Assembly (NCBI GenBank): GCA_053919585.1
Contig: CM132790.1
From: Euprymna scolopes
Taxonomy: Eukaryota
DNA: 57,359 bases
Strand: one strand, 5' to 3'
Position 1 is the first letter of the stretch; each line of letters opens with the position of its first letter. The position numbers were made by a program, and so were the translations under genes. The notes under the pieces are model-generated. The model saw only the letters and a list, made by a program, of their open reading frames with translations, was not told the DNA's origin and did not search any database. Below are positions 1 to 10,142 of the stretch, piece by piece.

Positions 1-647
1 TTTGTAACATTATTATTTAGGAGAGTGTGACCTTGAACAACAAAAACAAGAAAAAAAAGAGGAAAACATTAAAACCTAGTGCTACACATATTCAGTTCGG
101 AAATGGATATTTTTCTAGTTCGTTATAAGAAGAATAATTAGCCTGTAACACCATATCTATTAAGACTGATTTGCACGGCTAGTTCATTGTGCCTTGTTTA
201 TCTCAATCGTGTTTTCACCGCGTCGAATTCAACCACACGTTTAAATTTGCCTAATTTTCTGCTTTATGTTCTATCTTTCTTTCCGAGTAATTATTTTGTG
301 TTGTAAGCGTTCGATTATTCTTTTCTTGATATTTCTGTTAGTTACCTATCGGTATTGCTTGAAGTCGCTATTGTTGCTTTTGTCTGCATTCATGTCTATT
401 CTTGAATGCAAAACGTGTGAGATTTAATAGACAAGAAGCGTGTAGCGGCATCAATATTTTATAATTGACCAACTTGAGTCGCTAACAGATGAGGGTAACA
501 CAGAGGCGAATCACTCGGCTTGATCTCGTTGACAAATTCACTCAACTCCATCCATCGATCACGTATGCAAGATTGTCATACACTTGATAATGCACACGTG
601 TGTATGCATTAATGAGATGCTTATGTTTATATTATGTGTGTATACAT

Positions 648-705
<58 letters not shown>

Positions 706-707
<2 letters not shown>

Positions 708-1045
708 CTAAAGATTTCTTGCCTTGATGGAGGTGAGACTCAAACTTGCTGCCATGGTTTCAAATGATCTGAAATAATGGCAAGGAGAAACGTGATCCCA
801 ACTATATCTCAATCGTTATATATCCCTTCTTTTTCAAACAGGGTACGATTATGAATATCTCCAGTATTAAATAATCTTTATAAACTGTGAAATTTATTTG
901 TTGTTTGAAAACCAAAAAGGGCAAATATAACATATGAGAAATATTTGGAATCAAATCTCTTTTTGCTATTATTTCAGATCATCTAAAACCATAACAGCAA
1001 GTCTTAGTCTCCCCTAAATCAAGGCCAGATGTTTGAGGGAAATAT
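706..1045. repeat. Diverged inverted repeat (arms ~706-840 and ~902-1045); possibly a Penelope-type inverted terminal structure or a MITE
   Basis: gccttgat...gagactcaaacttgctgccatggtttcaaatgatctgaaataatggcaa is the imperfect reverse complement of ttgctattatttcagatcatctaaaaccataacagcaagtcttagtctc...atcaaggc. Confidence 0.6.
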
Positions 1046-1106
1046 CTGCTATTTTGTAACTCATATGCAAAACTAGGAAAACAAATGACTATGATTAAAA
1101 TATTTG

Positions 1107-1803
1107 TAAAGGTGCAGTATTTTTCCACCCTTACAAAATCCTTTAAAATTAACATTATTATACGTTTTTGAAAGTGCTGAAAACGAAAATAATGTTTAAA
1201 ATTCCATGAGCGAGTAGTTTCTAAAATATGATGAAATTATTGCTTCAAAAATAGCGGATAACTGTTTTATAAATATTTCACGTAAAATGAACACCCACTT
1301 TATAGCCATTCTTTTTTAAGCGTGCTGCTTATTTTTTCGGGTATTCAGCAACGTAGTTTTTTTGTTATAAGTGGTGGTTATTGTTGTACGCGTAAGCGCG
1401 CGCATATTTTCGCTTAACAGCGGAAAAATACTTTCGATAAAATTTAAATTTAAATTAATTCGTTTTTAGCACACCCGAAGACAAGAAAACGAGTCATCTA
1501 AGATGGATTTTGTATTGGTCTACAAGGCCACAATAAACACCAAGCCTAAAAAAATTAACAGACCCCCCCCTCCAAAAATACGGTGTCTGTGCCCATCTTA
1601 AAAAGGTGGCCATAAATTAGTCATCTTGCGTTAAATTAATATAGAAAAGCGATCCCCCATTTTTTAGTATAATTTTTTCATATATTTTAACAACACATTT
1701 CCTGAAATTTTAAACGTTATTTTCGTTTACAGCACTCTTGAAAACCTACAATAGAAGTATTTTAAAAGTATTCTTTAAGAGTGGAAAGATACTAGGCCAT
1801 TTA
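1107..1803. mobile_element. Old non-autonomous DNA transposon (MITE) with ~100-bp diverged TIRs; the TAAAGG terminus is Kolobok-like
   Basis: 1107-1203 (taaaggtgcagtatttttccaccctta...gtgctgaaaacgaaaataatgtttaaaatt) is the imperfect reverse complement of 1706-1803; no ORF with a recognisable product inside. Confidence 0.55.
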
Positions 1804-2047
1804 CCGAAAAAAATTATGGTTGTAAAAAGTGCCAAAAGTAGGCTCTGGTATATGAATGATCCCCTTAATGTGCGACTTTATGGGCAAATGCAACATAGTT
1901 CACTACACAATTCAGGTCATTACCTTTCCAACGAGTCTTCATTTGTTAAATTCTGTCAATAGTCCCTGATATTTGGAACTTTTTACATTGCAAAAAAGTA
2001 TTCTATATATGTACGTATGTATGTATGTATGTATGTATGTATGTATA

Positions 2048-2081
<34 letters not shown>

Positions 2082-2082
<1 letters not shown>

Positions 2083-2956
2083 TTGCTGGTAAAGGTCTGT
2101 TGTGGGCGTGTGTAAAAAGCACACAGATGTCTTAGTGTCATACTGTGCTTCTCCCAGACAAATCAATACCACGTACACGTCGTGACCACTGTCAGGCAGA
2201 CGGGGCTCTGATGAACGGTGAGTGTCCTGCGCCGTATAACTGGACCTCCACTGCCTTGTGTGCCAAGGTTCTTTTAATCAATGGCTAAGGGTGATTTAAC
2301 CCTGACAGAAACCTCCAGAGGAGCTTAGGCCCTGTCAGCTGCAACATACATGACCCAACGGCGTGTGGAGTATGCTCTGGTGACCAGCAACCTAAGTCCC
2401 AGTCATAGATCAAATGGCATGGTAGGTGGAGGGGGCCTGTAAGCCGTAGTGAAGGCGACCTCTCTAGGAGAAATAAAACCCTGATATAAAACTTGTGGCG
2501 ACTGCTGCTTCCAATGATGTTGACTTGCTCTTCTTTTTGATTGAATGTGGCAGTTGTTTAGAGAGTGGGATAGTCTCAGTGCAAAGTCTTTCTTCACCAT
2601 GAAAAGCTTCAAGCACAGGCATTACTTGATATGCAATAGAATACACATTTTGCAATCAGTGTATATCTCGATAACAAAAAGGCTGGCTGTAGCCTGAAAC
2701 GGCAAACGGACATTCAATGAGGACTGATGCAGATATGGGCGTGAATGGCAATAAAGGCTCTGGAATTTTCAGGGTCTTACCTGGTAGGTGTTCAGGGTAC
2801 CACAGCTTGGACCCGATCATCACTGGATGTGCTGGACTATAGAAGGTTCATAGAATTTACCGTCAGGTACACGCTGCTAGTGGCGCTCATGTTTGCGTTA
2901 TTTGAGCCAGAGATATATTAAGTAATGGCAATACTCGATAACGAGTTGCTGCCATC

Positions 2957-2960
<4 letters not shown>
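2082..2960 (+). mobile_element. GC-richer interspersed repeat, probably LINE 5'UTR-derived or SINE-like, between two (TATC)n tracts
   Basis: Abrupt composition change. Contains tctaggagaaataaaaccctgatataaaac (~2463-2492), similar to tctaggagaaggaaaactctgaaactaaacc in the 5'UTR of the intact LINE (minus, ~8314-8344). Confidence 0.4.
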
Positions 2961-3002
<42 letters not shown>

Positions 3003-3013
3003 ATACATATATA

Positions 3014-3456
3014 CTACCATGGTTGCCCGGCGTTGCCCGGCGTTGCCCGGGTATTTGGAGATGTATGTTGAGCAAAAAAAAAAAAGTGCTCAATTTTTTT
3101 TAACTTTGACCCCTATTATGACCCCTTAAAATTTATTTTTTTAGCTCAAATCAAGTTATTAAGTTAGATCCATGTCCAAGGAACCTATATCTAAAATTTC
3201 AAGTGTTTAGACCCAAAATTGTTGGAGCAGTTTAGTAGAGTTCTTAAAGGTCAAATCCTTGAACTTTGACCCCTTCATCGCCAAAGTTCTGACCGAAAAC
3301 CGATCACATCGATTTTCCGAATTCTCAGTACACTTTATATAAAATTTCGAGTCTGTAGACTTAAAATTGACAGAGTTATTGCGTAGGGAAATGTACACAC
3401 ACAGAACCACAGATACACACACACACACAAAGACATACACCTTCACTTTTATAGAT
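3014..3456 (-). mobile_element. Non-autonomous Helitron, family A (copy 1)
   Basis: On the minus strand it starts TCTATAAAAGTGAA and ends with the hairpin CCCGGGCAACGCCGGG (partly triplicated) before a degenerate CTAG (GTAG). The body matches 18035-18453. Confidence 0.75.
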
Positions 3457-3459
3457 ATA

Positions 3460-4360
3460 CTAGCATTTAAGTCCGGCGTTGCCCAGGTGTTTGGATGTGT
3501 CTGTTGAACAAAAACAAAGCAAAAATATAATGTGGTAGTAGGAAGGCAGGCTCGAACCCGTATCGCGAAGGAGGAAAAGGACAGGGTGAAAACCTAACGT
3601 CTATGCTATTACGAGCCAAACCAGAAGCGACATTTTTTTTAAAATGAAGGCTAGACAATCTAAAGGAGAGCATAACTTTCAAAAATATCGGCGAAAAAAG
3701 TGTCTCCCCGCTGTAGAAAAGTGCCTAGTTGAAGGGGATGATATTAATGTTTTTAGCCAATTTTTCGATATTTGTCGTGGGCGAACCTTAAAATGATACT
3801 GATCTTGGTAAAATCCGTCGCCTCTATTGAAAGTTTTAGGCAGACATGCAAACATACATACATACATTTATATGTTTGTAACTAAACATTTTCGACTAAA
3901 ACCGATTAAAAACATTGCCCTATCTCTGAATACCCTTTATGTAAAATTTCAAATATTTAGACCAGAAATTGTCTGAGTAATTTGGAATAGACCGCAGAGG
4001 TCAATTGTTTTTTTTTTAACTTTGACCCTCTTTTTGACCCCTTAACATTTATTGTTTTGGGCTCAAATCAAGTTATTAAGTTAGATACATGTCCAAGGAA
4101 CCTATATCTAAAATTTCAAGTGTGTAAACACAAAATTGTCGGAGGAGTTTAGTAGAGTTTTTAAAGGTCAAATCCTTGAACTTTGACCCCTTAATCGCCA
4201 AATTTCTGGTAAAAAACGGATCACATCGATTTTCCCAAATCTTAATACCATGTATATCAAATTTCGAGTCTGTAGACTTTAAATTTACAGAGTATTTGCG
4301 TAGGGAAATGTACAGACACAAACACACACACAGACACTTTCACTTTTATAGATATATAGA
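3460..4360 (-). mobile_element. Non-autonomous Helitron, family A long variant with extra internal sequence including a tRNA-like segment
   Basis: Minus strand TCTATATATCTATAAAAGTGAAAG...CCTGGGCAACGCCGGAC...CTAG; 4015-4360 aligns to copy 1; directly head-to-tail with copy 1. Confidence 0.75.
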
Positions 4361-4667
4361 TATGTATATGTATACTAGCAAAAGTACCGGTTGTTGACTG
4401 GGTCCAAAAACAGCCTACAGAAAATGGACTCTGATTTCTGAAAGTATAATAGGTTATGAAAAGGAAGGGTTGTAAAGAGATAGCTTCGAATTTGGGGGTA
4501 ACAAAACCAAAGCAAAATATGATGAAAGTAAAAATAAAATAGATAATTCCAGCCGCGAACGAACACCCCATAATTTTATTATACAATATTTCTTCAAACT
4601 GAAACATAATTATCAAAGTATACTTACACAGATAGATATGAAAAGTCTTTATTAAAGTGTGTGCGTA

Positions 4668-7600
4668 TTTTTTTTTTTTTTTTTTTTTTATTACATTTTC
4701 ACCCCAAACAAGGCAAATTGCCACTTTGGTGTAGGGGGCTACTATCAGGGGCAACAACTACTGGGGTACTATGTAGGGATTTGGGCAGCAAGGTGTCGGT
4801 TCACGTTACACTTGAACTTCTGCACGTCAGTACTGTTGGGGAAGCAGGGACCTGGAATGGAATTCCAGAGTCTTGCGGTTCTGGGGAAGAAACTATTGGA
4901 GTAAAAAGATCTTTTACATCTAGGGACCTCTACAGTGTGGGGGTGGGATCTAGTAGCCTGTCGGGTTTGTCGAGGGTGCTCGCGTCGTGGGGGCACAAGT
5001 GATTGCAGTTCATCAGAGCATTCACCACTAAAATACTTGTAGAACAGGCAGAGGGATGCAACATTTCGTCGATGGGACAGAGGCTGAAGCTTAGATGCCA
5101 GTTCAGGGCCTATCAGATTTGCGACTCTCTTTTGAACCTTGTCAAGGAGCGAGAGACTAGTAGCAGATGCACCAGCCCAGATGTGGCAGCAATACTCCAT
5201 ACATGGGCGAATGGTGGCCTTATAGAGGTACAGGATACTTTCGGGTGTTAGTAGTTTTCTAGCACGGTAGAGAGAGCCCACCTTTCTTGCAGCGGCCCTG
5301 GCAATGCCTTCAATGTAATTGTTCCAACTCATGTTTCCTGTGAACGTTAGGCCAAGGAGTTTGAAAGATGGACTCTCAGATAAAGAGTCGTTGGCCATTG
5401 CTATTGGTGGTAGAGAGGGTTTCTTGTAATTATTGAATGAAACTAGTTTAGTCTTGGCAGCATTGAACGCGACCAACCACTTTTGTCCCCATCCCACTAC
5501 AGATTGGAGGTCTTCCTCTAGTGTTTCTGCCATTTCTTTAGAAATGTGTTCATTCGTCTTCCTGTCGTGTCTGCCATAGAGTGTAGTGTCATCAGCATAT
5601 ATACCCATCTCAGAGGCAATGTTGTCGGGGAGGTCATTTATGAATATCAGGAACAATAGAGGTCCAAGGATAGAACCCTGGGGCACTCCCGCATTTATAT
5701 CATATTGTTTAGATGTGCGACCGTCGAGGACTACCTGGATTTTTCTCTTATCTAAGAAGGATTTAATTATGTTAAGTATTCTACCAGTGATACCGTATGA
5801 TCTGATTTTACTGAGGAGACCCTCATGCCATACCCTGTCAAAAGCCTTAGATATATCTAGAGCTACCGCTCTGCCTTCCCCCGCTTTGTCCAGTGATTGG
5901 TATATACGTTCAGAGATCACGGTGAGGATGTCTGCTGTGGAACGGGCTTGTCTAAATCCATATTGTTTGTCAGTCAGTAGTTTAGCATCTGTAAGATGAT
6001 GGATTAGAGCGTGGTTAATTATGGTCTCAAATATTTTGGCAAAAAGTGGAAGGAGGCTAATGGGGCGATAATTTGATGGGTCTGTCCTTTCACCAGAATT
6101 CTTGAATACTGGTACAACAGAAGCAGTTTTCCAACAGCCCGGAAAGCAAGCTTCATTAAGACATTTGTTGTAGAGTTTGGAGAGAACTGGAGCTACTTCG
6201 GCTGAGCACTTTTTTAATAGCACAGCTGGGATAAGATCGGGTCCACATGCTTTTGAGGTGTCAAGGTTTTTTATGATAGCATGCACCTGAGCAGGGGTGG
6301 TTTTCAGATCGTCTAGTGTGGCGTCTGTCCGCATAGGAAAGTCAGGTAGGGGGTGGTTGGAAGGGTCCAGTGTGGAGTTTGAGGCAAACCGACTGGCAAG
6401 CATGTTAGCCTTGTCGGTTGCTGAGGAGACAACCTCGTGATTGTTGGTTAGTGGGGGAATTGTCGATTGCCCATTATTTACTACACTGTTGTAGATTTTC
6501 CAGAAGTCTCGAGTTCCTAGTTTTTGTGCTTCGATGCGCTTTTTAGTGGTTTCCGTAAATTCTCTCTTAGCTGTCGCTATTTCTTTCTTAACGTTATTTC
6601 TAGCTTCTATATACTTCAGTCTGTTTGAACTGGACTTATGTCGGTTAAACCTACGGTATGCATGCTGCTTTTGAGTAATGGCAGTTGCACAAGTCGACGT
6701 AAACCATTGGGGAGAGTGGGGCTTACTATAAAATTTCCGCATGGGAACATGCGCTTCGATTGCAGTTTTGAACCAGTCAGTGGTCTCGTTTGCACACTGT
6801 TCAGCAGGGAGAGAGAAAATATTTTTCCATGGAGCATCTCTAATTAGTTCCCTGATGGCTTCCCAGTCAGCCTTATTATAATATCTCGTTGTTTTGAGCA
6901 CTGGCTCTTCAGTTTTGGGTCTAGAGTTTAGGGCGATTTCAACCATTATCACTGCATGATCAGCGTTCCCGAGTGGGCTGTGGGCCTTCGCTATGCAGTC
7001 ATCGGGAACTGTGGTCAAAAACAGATCTAGAAGTGATGCGTGTTGTTCTTCCTGGTCAGGGAAACGGGTTGGAAACGTAACAATTTGTGATAGGGAGTGA
7101 GATATAGCGAAGCTATGGGTTGTGCTGCCCGCTGCATCTGTGTGAGCAGAGAATCCAAGCCAGTTTTTGTGGTGGACATTAAAGTCACCAAACACATGTA
7201 TTTGTGCGCTAGTGTCGAGGGACAGTGCCGTGTCTATGCTGTCAGATACTTTGTTTATTATGGAGCAGTCCTGAGTCGAGGGAGAGCGGTAGAGAAAATA
7301 ATAGTAGCTAATACTGTGTTGCACGTTTAGTCTAAAGCACATAAAGGCTTGATCATCTGTTTCTAGGTTTGTTTCTCTAGTCAAGGGAAGGGTATTACGA
7401 ATGTAAACTCCAAGTCCGTGCATATGTCTGTCAGAGTCCTTACGGCAGAGTGGGAGATATCCAGGCATGTTAAAGTGGTTAGAGGGAATGGAGGAGTGTA
7501 GGTTAGTCTCACTTAGTGCTAAGATATCCGGGGTATTTGTTAAGAGAAATGCTTCAACATCAGCTAAGTTAGTTCTAAGCCCACGGATATTTGTGAATGA

Positions 7601-8960
7601 GAGCCTCAAGGGAGGAGGCAAGTTGAATTTGTTTGTCCCTAATCCTGGTTTAAGCTTATTTTTAGATTGTACTGTCGTCATATTTTTTTTAAGAGTTTCG
7701 GTAAGGGGGAGCTAAGCAAGAGGTTATGCGGAGCTTCAGACATGCATCACAAGTAGACCATCAGCTGACCTTTCTCCAATTAGGATTGTGGCCTCAGGAA
7801 AGCCCACCGGGGATGAGTGCAGGGTCCCTTTCCATGCGCGTCATGGCACTGCAAACAACCCGATATTATTCAACTGTTGATGGAGCAGCCGCTCTAAGCG
7901 CTACCAAAGAGTTAGGGCTCCTGTACTACCAGTCGGGAACAGCAGCCAGGAACTGTCAATCCGGTACCCTCAACCCTTTAGGAGAAGGTCAACCCAATCT
8001 AACTGCTCAGGCATATCTTATACTCAAGCACTCCCAAATGTTCAGTTTTAGGGGTGGGGCATGCTGGGAATGGGGAAGAACGGCGTTCATTGCCCTAGCC
8101 AGGAAACAAGATCTACCGCTGGGTGTTTCTGTCGAATCACTGAGATAGTGTCTCTGCGCTTGTCTAATAGGCAAAGAAGGAGTATGGAAGCCGGGCGATA
8201 GACAGAGCCTATCTACTCCTTAAGCAATTTAGGTTTGCAAACCGGTGAATTTGTTTGAGTCACCAGCTCTAGGAAGGTTGTCATCCAAGACTGAAGAGGC
8301 CTCTCTCCCCTTTGGTTTAGTTTCAGAGTTTTCCTTCTCCTAGACGGATGATCTGGGAAGATCTACTGGGTCCGTCAGCCCTGAGAGGGTTTTCTCCGCG
8401 CCTAGGTTCTAATCCAGGTATTTCTGCGACCCCGCGTTGTTAGTGTTACTGGGTTAGTTTGTTGGGGATTATATCTACTGATTAGTTACACTCCTCAAAG
8501 TGATTTAGGGACATGCTATTTACTTGTTAATGGATAAAGGGGGTGGGTGAAGTTCATGCAGTGTAAGCGTCTATGTTTGTAAGAGGGCTTGTTAGGGAGG
8601 AGATAATGTGATTTTAGTCGTACCCTTTTTTTTATTTTATTAATGTTAGCTTAGGTCTAGTATAGTGTTACAGTATGAGTAGGTATTAAGAATTGAGCTA
8701 CGAGTTGTGCCCGAGCTATTTTAGATGATAGGAGGGTTAAGATGTAAGTGCAATATAGCATGGATAAGACAGCAAGTATTGAGTCATGCGTAATTAGGTG
8801 AATAGATATATATGGGCAGGTTTTCAGTAGGTGCGAATAGAGTTGGAGTTGTAGGTATTTTTTAGTAAGAGTCATGGGGCGTTTTGCATAACAAGGAGTG
8901 TCGTTTCAATATCGTAATTAATCGTTGCAAAACTCGAGACAGTTGTGTAGTGCATATCGC
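4668..8960 (-). mobile_element. Full-length or near full-length CR1/Jockey-group non-LTR retrotransposon with poly(A) tail and long ORF-less 5'UTR (5' boundary approximate, 8480-8960)
   Basis: Poly-T run at ~4668-4689 is the poly(A) tail; short 3'UTR; intact APE-RT ORF; GC-richer ~1.3-kb upstream region lacking a long sense ORF. Confidence 0.9.
4769..7681 (-). CDS. LINE ORF2-type polyprotein: AP endonuclease plus reverse transcriptase (970 aa, intact)
   Basis: APE motifs NIRGL, LALSET, GDFNVHH, LLDLFLT, ADH; RT motifs YRPISLL, QYGFR, LDISKAFDRVWH, GVPQGSILGPLLF, YADD, LLGLTF; CR1-type C-terminus SFFPRTARLWNSIP. Confidence 0.95.
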   Translation of the reverse strand: MTTVQSKNKLKPGLGTNKFNLPPPLRLSFTNIRGLRTNLADVEAFLLTNTPDILALSETNLHSSIPSNHFNMPGYLPLCRKDSDRHMHGLGVYIRNTLPLTRETNLETDDQAFMCFRLNVQHSISYYYFLYRSPSTQDCSIINKVSDSIDTALSLDTSAQIHVFGDFNVHHKNWLGFSAHTDAAGSTTHSFAISHSLSQIVTFPTRFPDQEEQHASLLDLFLTTVPDDCIAKAHSPLGNADHAVIMVEIALNSRPKTEEPVLKTTRYYNKADWEAIRELIRDAPWKNIFSLPAEQCANETTDWFKTAIEAHVPMRKFYSKPHSPQWFTSTCATAITQKQHAYRRFNRHKSSSNRLKYIEARNNVKKEIATAKREFTETTKKRIEAQKLGTRDFWKIYNSVVNNGQSTIPPLTNNHEVVSSATDKANMLASRFASNSTLDPSNHPLPDFPMRTDATLDDLKTTPAQVHAIIKNLDTSKACGPDLIPAVLLKKCSAEVAPVLSKLYNKCLNEACFPGCWKTASVVPVFKNSGERTDPSNYRPISLLPLFAKIFETIINHALIHHLTDAKLLTDKQYGFRQARSTADILTVISERIYQSLDKAGEGRAVALDISKAFDRVWHEGLLSKIRSYGITGRILNIIKSFLDKRKIQVVLDGRTSKQYDINAGVPQGSILGPLLFLIFINDLPDNIASEMGIYADDTTLYGRHDRKTNEHISKEMAETLEEDLQSVVGWGQKWLVAFNAAKTKLVSFNNYKKPSLPPIAMANDSLSESPSFKLLGLTFTGNMSWNNYIEGIARAAARKVGSLYRARKLLTPESILYLYKATIRPCMEYCCHIWAGASATSLSLLDKVQKRVANLIGPELASKLQPLSHRRNVASLCLFYKYFSGECSDELQSLVPPRREHPRQTRQATRSHPHTVEVPRCKRSFYSNSFFPRTARLWNSIPGPCFPNSTDVQKFKCNVNRHLAAQIPT

Positions 8961-9300
8961 TTTGTTTCTGGAGGCGCGAACGCAGACTCCACAATTTTAT
9001 TATACCATCCCTATTTAAGTTAAAACATACTTATCAAAGTATTATTATGTACATCTATATCAAAAACACTTGTAAACGTTTTTTGTTTTTATTTTTTATT
9101 TTTTATTTCCATACTTTGTGGACCAGACGTGTACACAGACACCACAATTTTAATGAATCATCAGTATGCCAGATCAAACATACCCATTCTTGTGTCTTGA
9201 TACATCTTCTATCACTATATGTGATCAGTTTTCTATAATAGTCAACCATATAGGAGCCTGTTCGTGACCAGACACACACACACAGACGTTCAGCTTTAAA

Positions 9301-9372
<72 letters not shown>

Positions 9373-9901
9373 CGTTGTTTAAATTAATGGAAGTGTTTTA
9401 ATAGTGTCGTAATTCTCATAAAACAAGTAAATTTTATGAATAGTATCATTATTTTTGCAGTACACGAATTAAAAATATGAAAGTTACAAAAAGAACTCAT
9501 TTTTTACTACAATTGAAAATAACTTTTTTCTTGTTTTGTTTACTCGTAAACATGAAGAGAGCTTATTTCCAACAACTTTGCATATGTGGAACATACTACA
9601 GCACAGCCATCTACAAATACTTGTCAAATGGTTTGTTTGTGTCAGACTTTGTAAATTCTGTCTACATTTTTCACTTGTATAATAGTATAAGGCTTCATTT
9701 CACTATGACGGATAAAATTTACTCGATGTCAATTCGATTAAAATCAGCATACGTCTAAAATCAGATCCAAATTCATTAAATTATTTAGATTCTATAAAAT
9801 TTCCTAAATATTAAATTTAAGTTAAGGTGTCTTAAGAAAATCTGGTTTATTAGTGTGTGATAACGATTGATAACACCTGAATCAAATCTAAAATAATAGA
9901 A

Positions 9902-10142
9902 TTTTTACTGAGAGGTTGTGCCATTTAAACATATAAAAAACTTTTTACTGAGAGGTTGTGCCATTTAAACATATAAAAAAACTTTTACTGAGAGGTTGTG
10001 CCATTTAAACATATTAAAAAATTTTACTGAGAGGTTGTGCCAATTAAACATATAAAACATTTTTTTTTTACTGAGAGGTTGTGCCATTTAAACATATAAA
10101 AACATTTTACTGAGAGGTTGTGCCATTTAAACATATAAAAAT
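9902..10142. repeat. Minisatellite, ~39-45-bp unit (ttttactgagaggttgtgccatttaaacatataaaaa), 6 copies
   Basis: Direct reading; units differ mainly in A/T run length. Confidence 0.95.

Larger units (their letters stand above)
4375..9305 (-). mobile_element. Non-autonomous Helitron, family B, interrupted by the CR1-like LINE
   Basis: 3' end ctagcaaaagtaccggttgttgactggg... matches the reverse complement of 51665-51779. A Helitron-like 5' end (cacacagacgttcagctttaaatata) lies at ~9280-9305. 4553-4650 resembles 8975-9070 on the other side of the LINE. Confidence 0.55.

Noticed and set aside
5003-8148. Plus-strand ORFs overlapping the LINE
   Set aside because: Antisense shadows of the RT ORF and its GC-rich UTR, with no recognisable motifs.
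4553-9070. Related segments flanking the LINE as its TSD or as duplicated exons
   Set aside because: They are too long and too diverged for a TSD of an intact element, and the second copy has in-frame stops.
9902-10142. CRISPR-like ~40-bp repeats
   Set aside because: There are no spacers; this is a simple tandem minisatellite.
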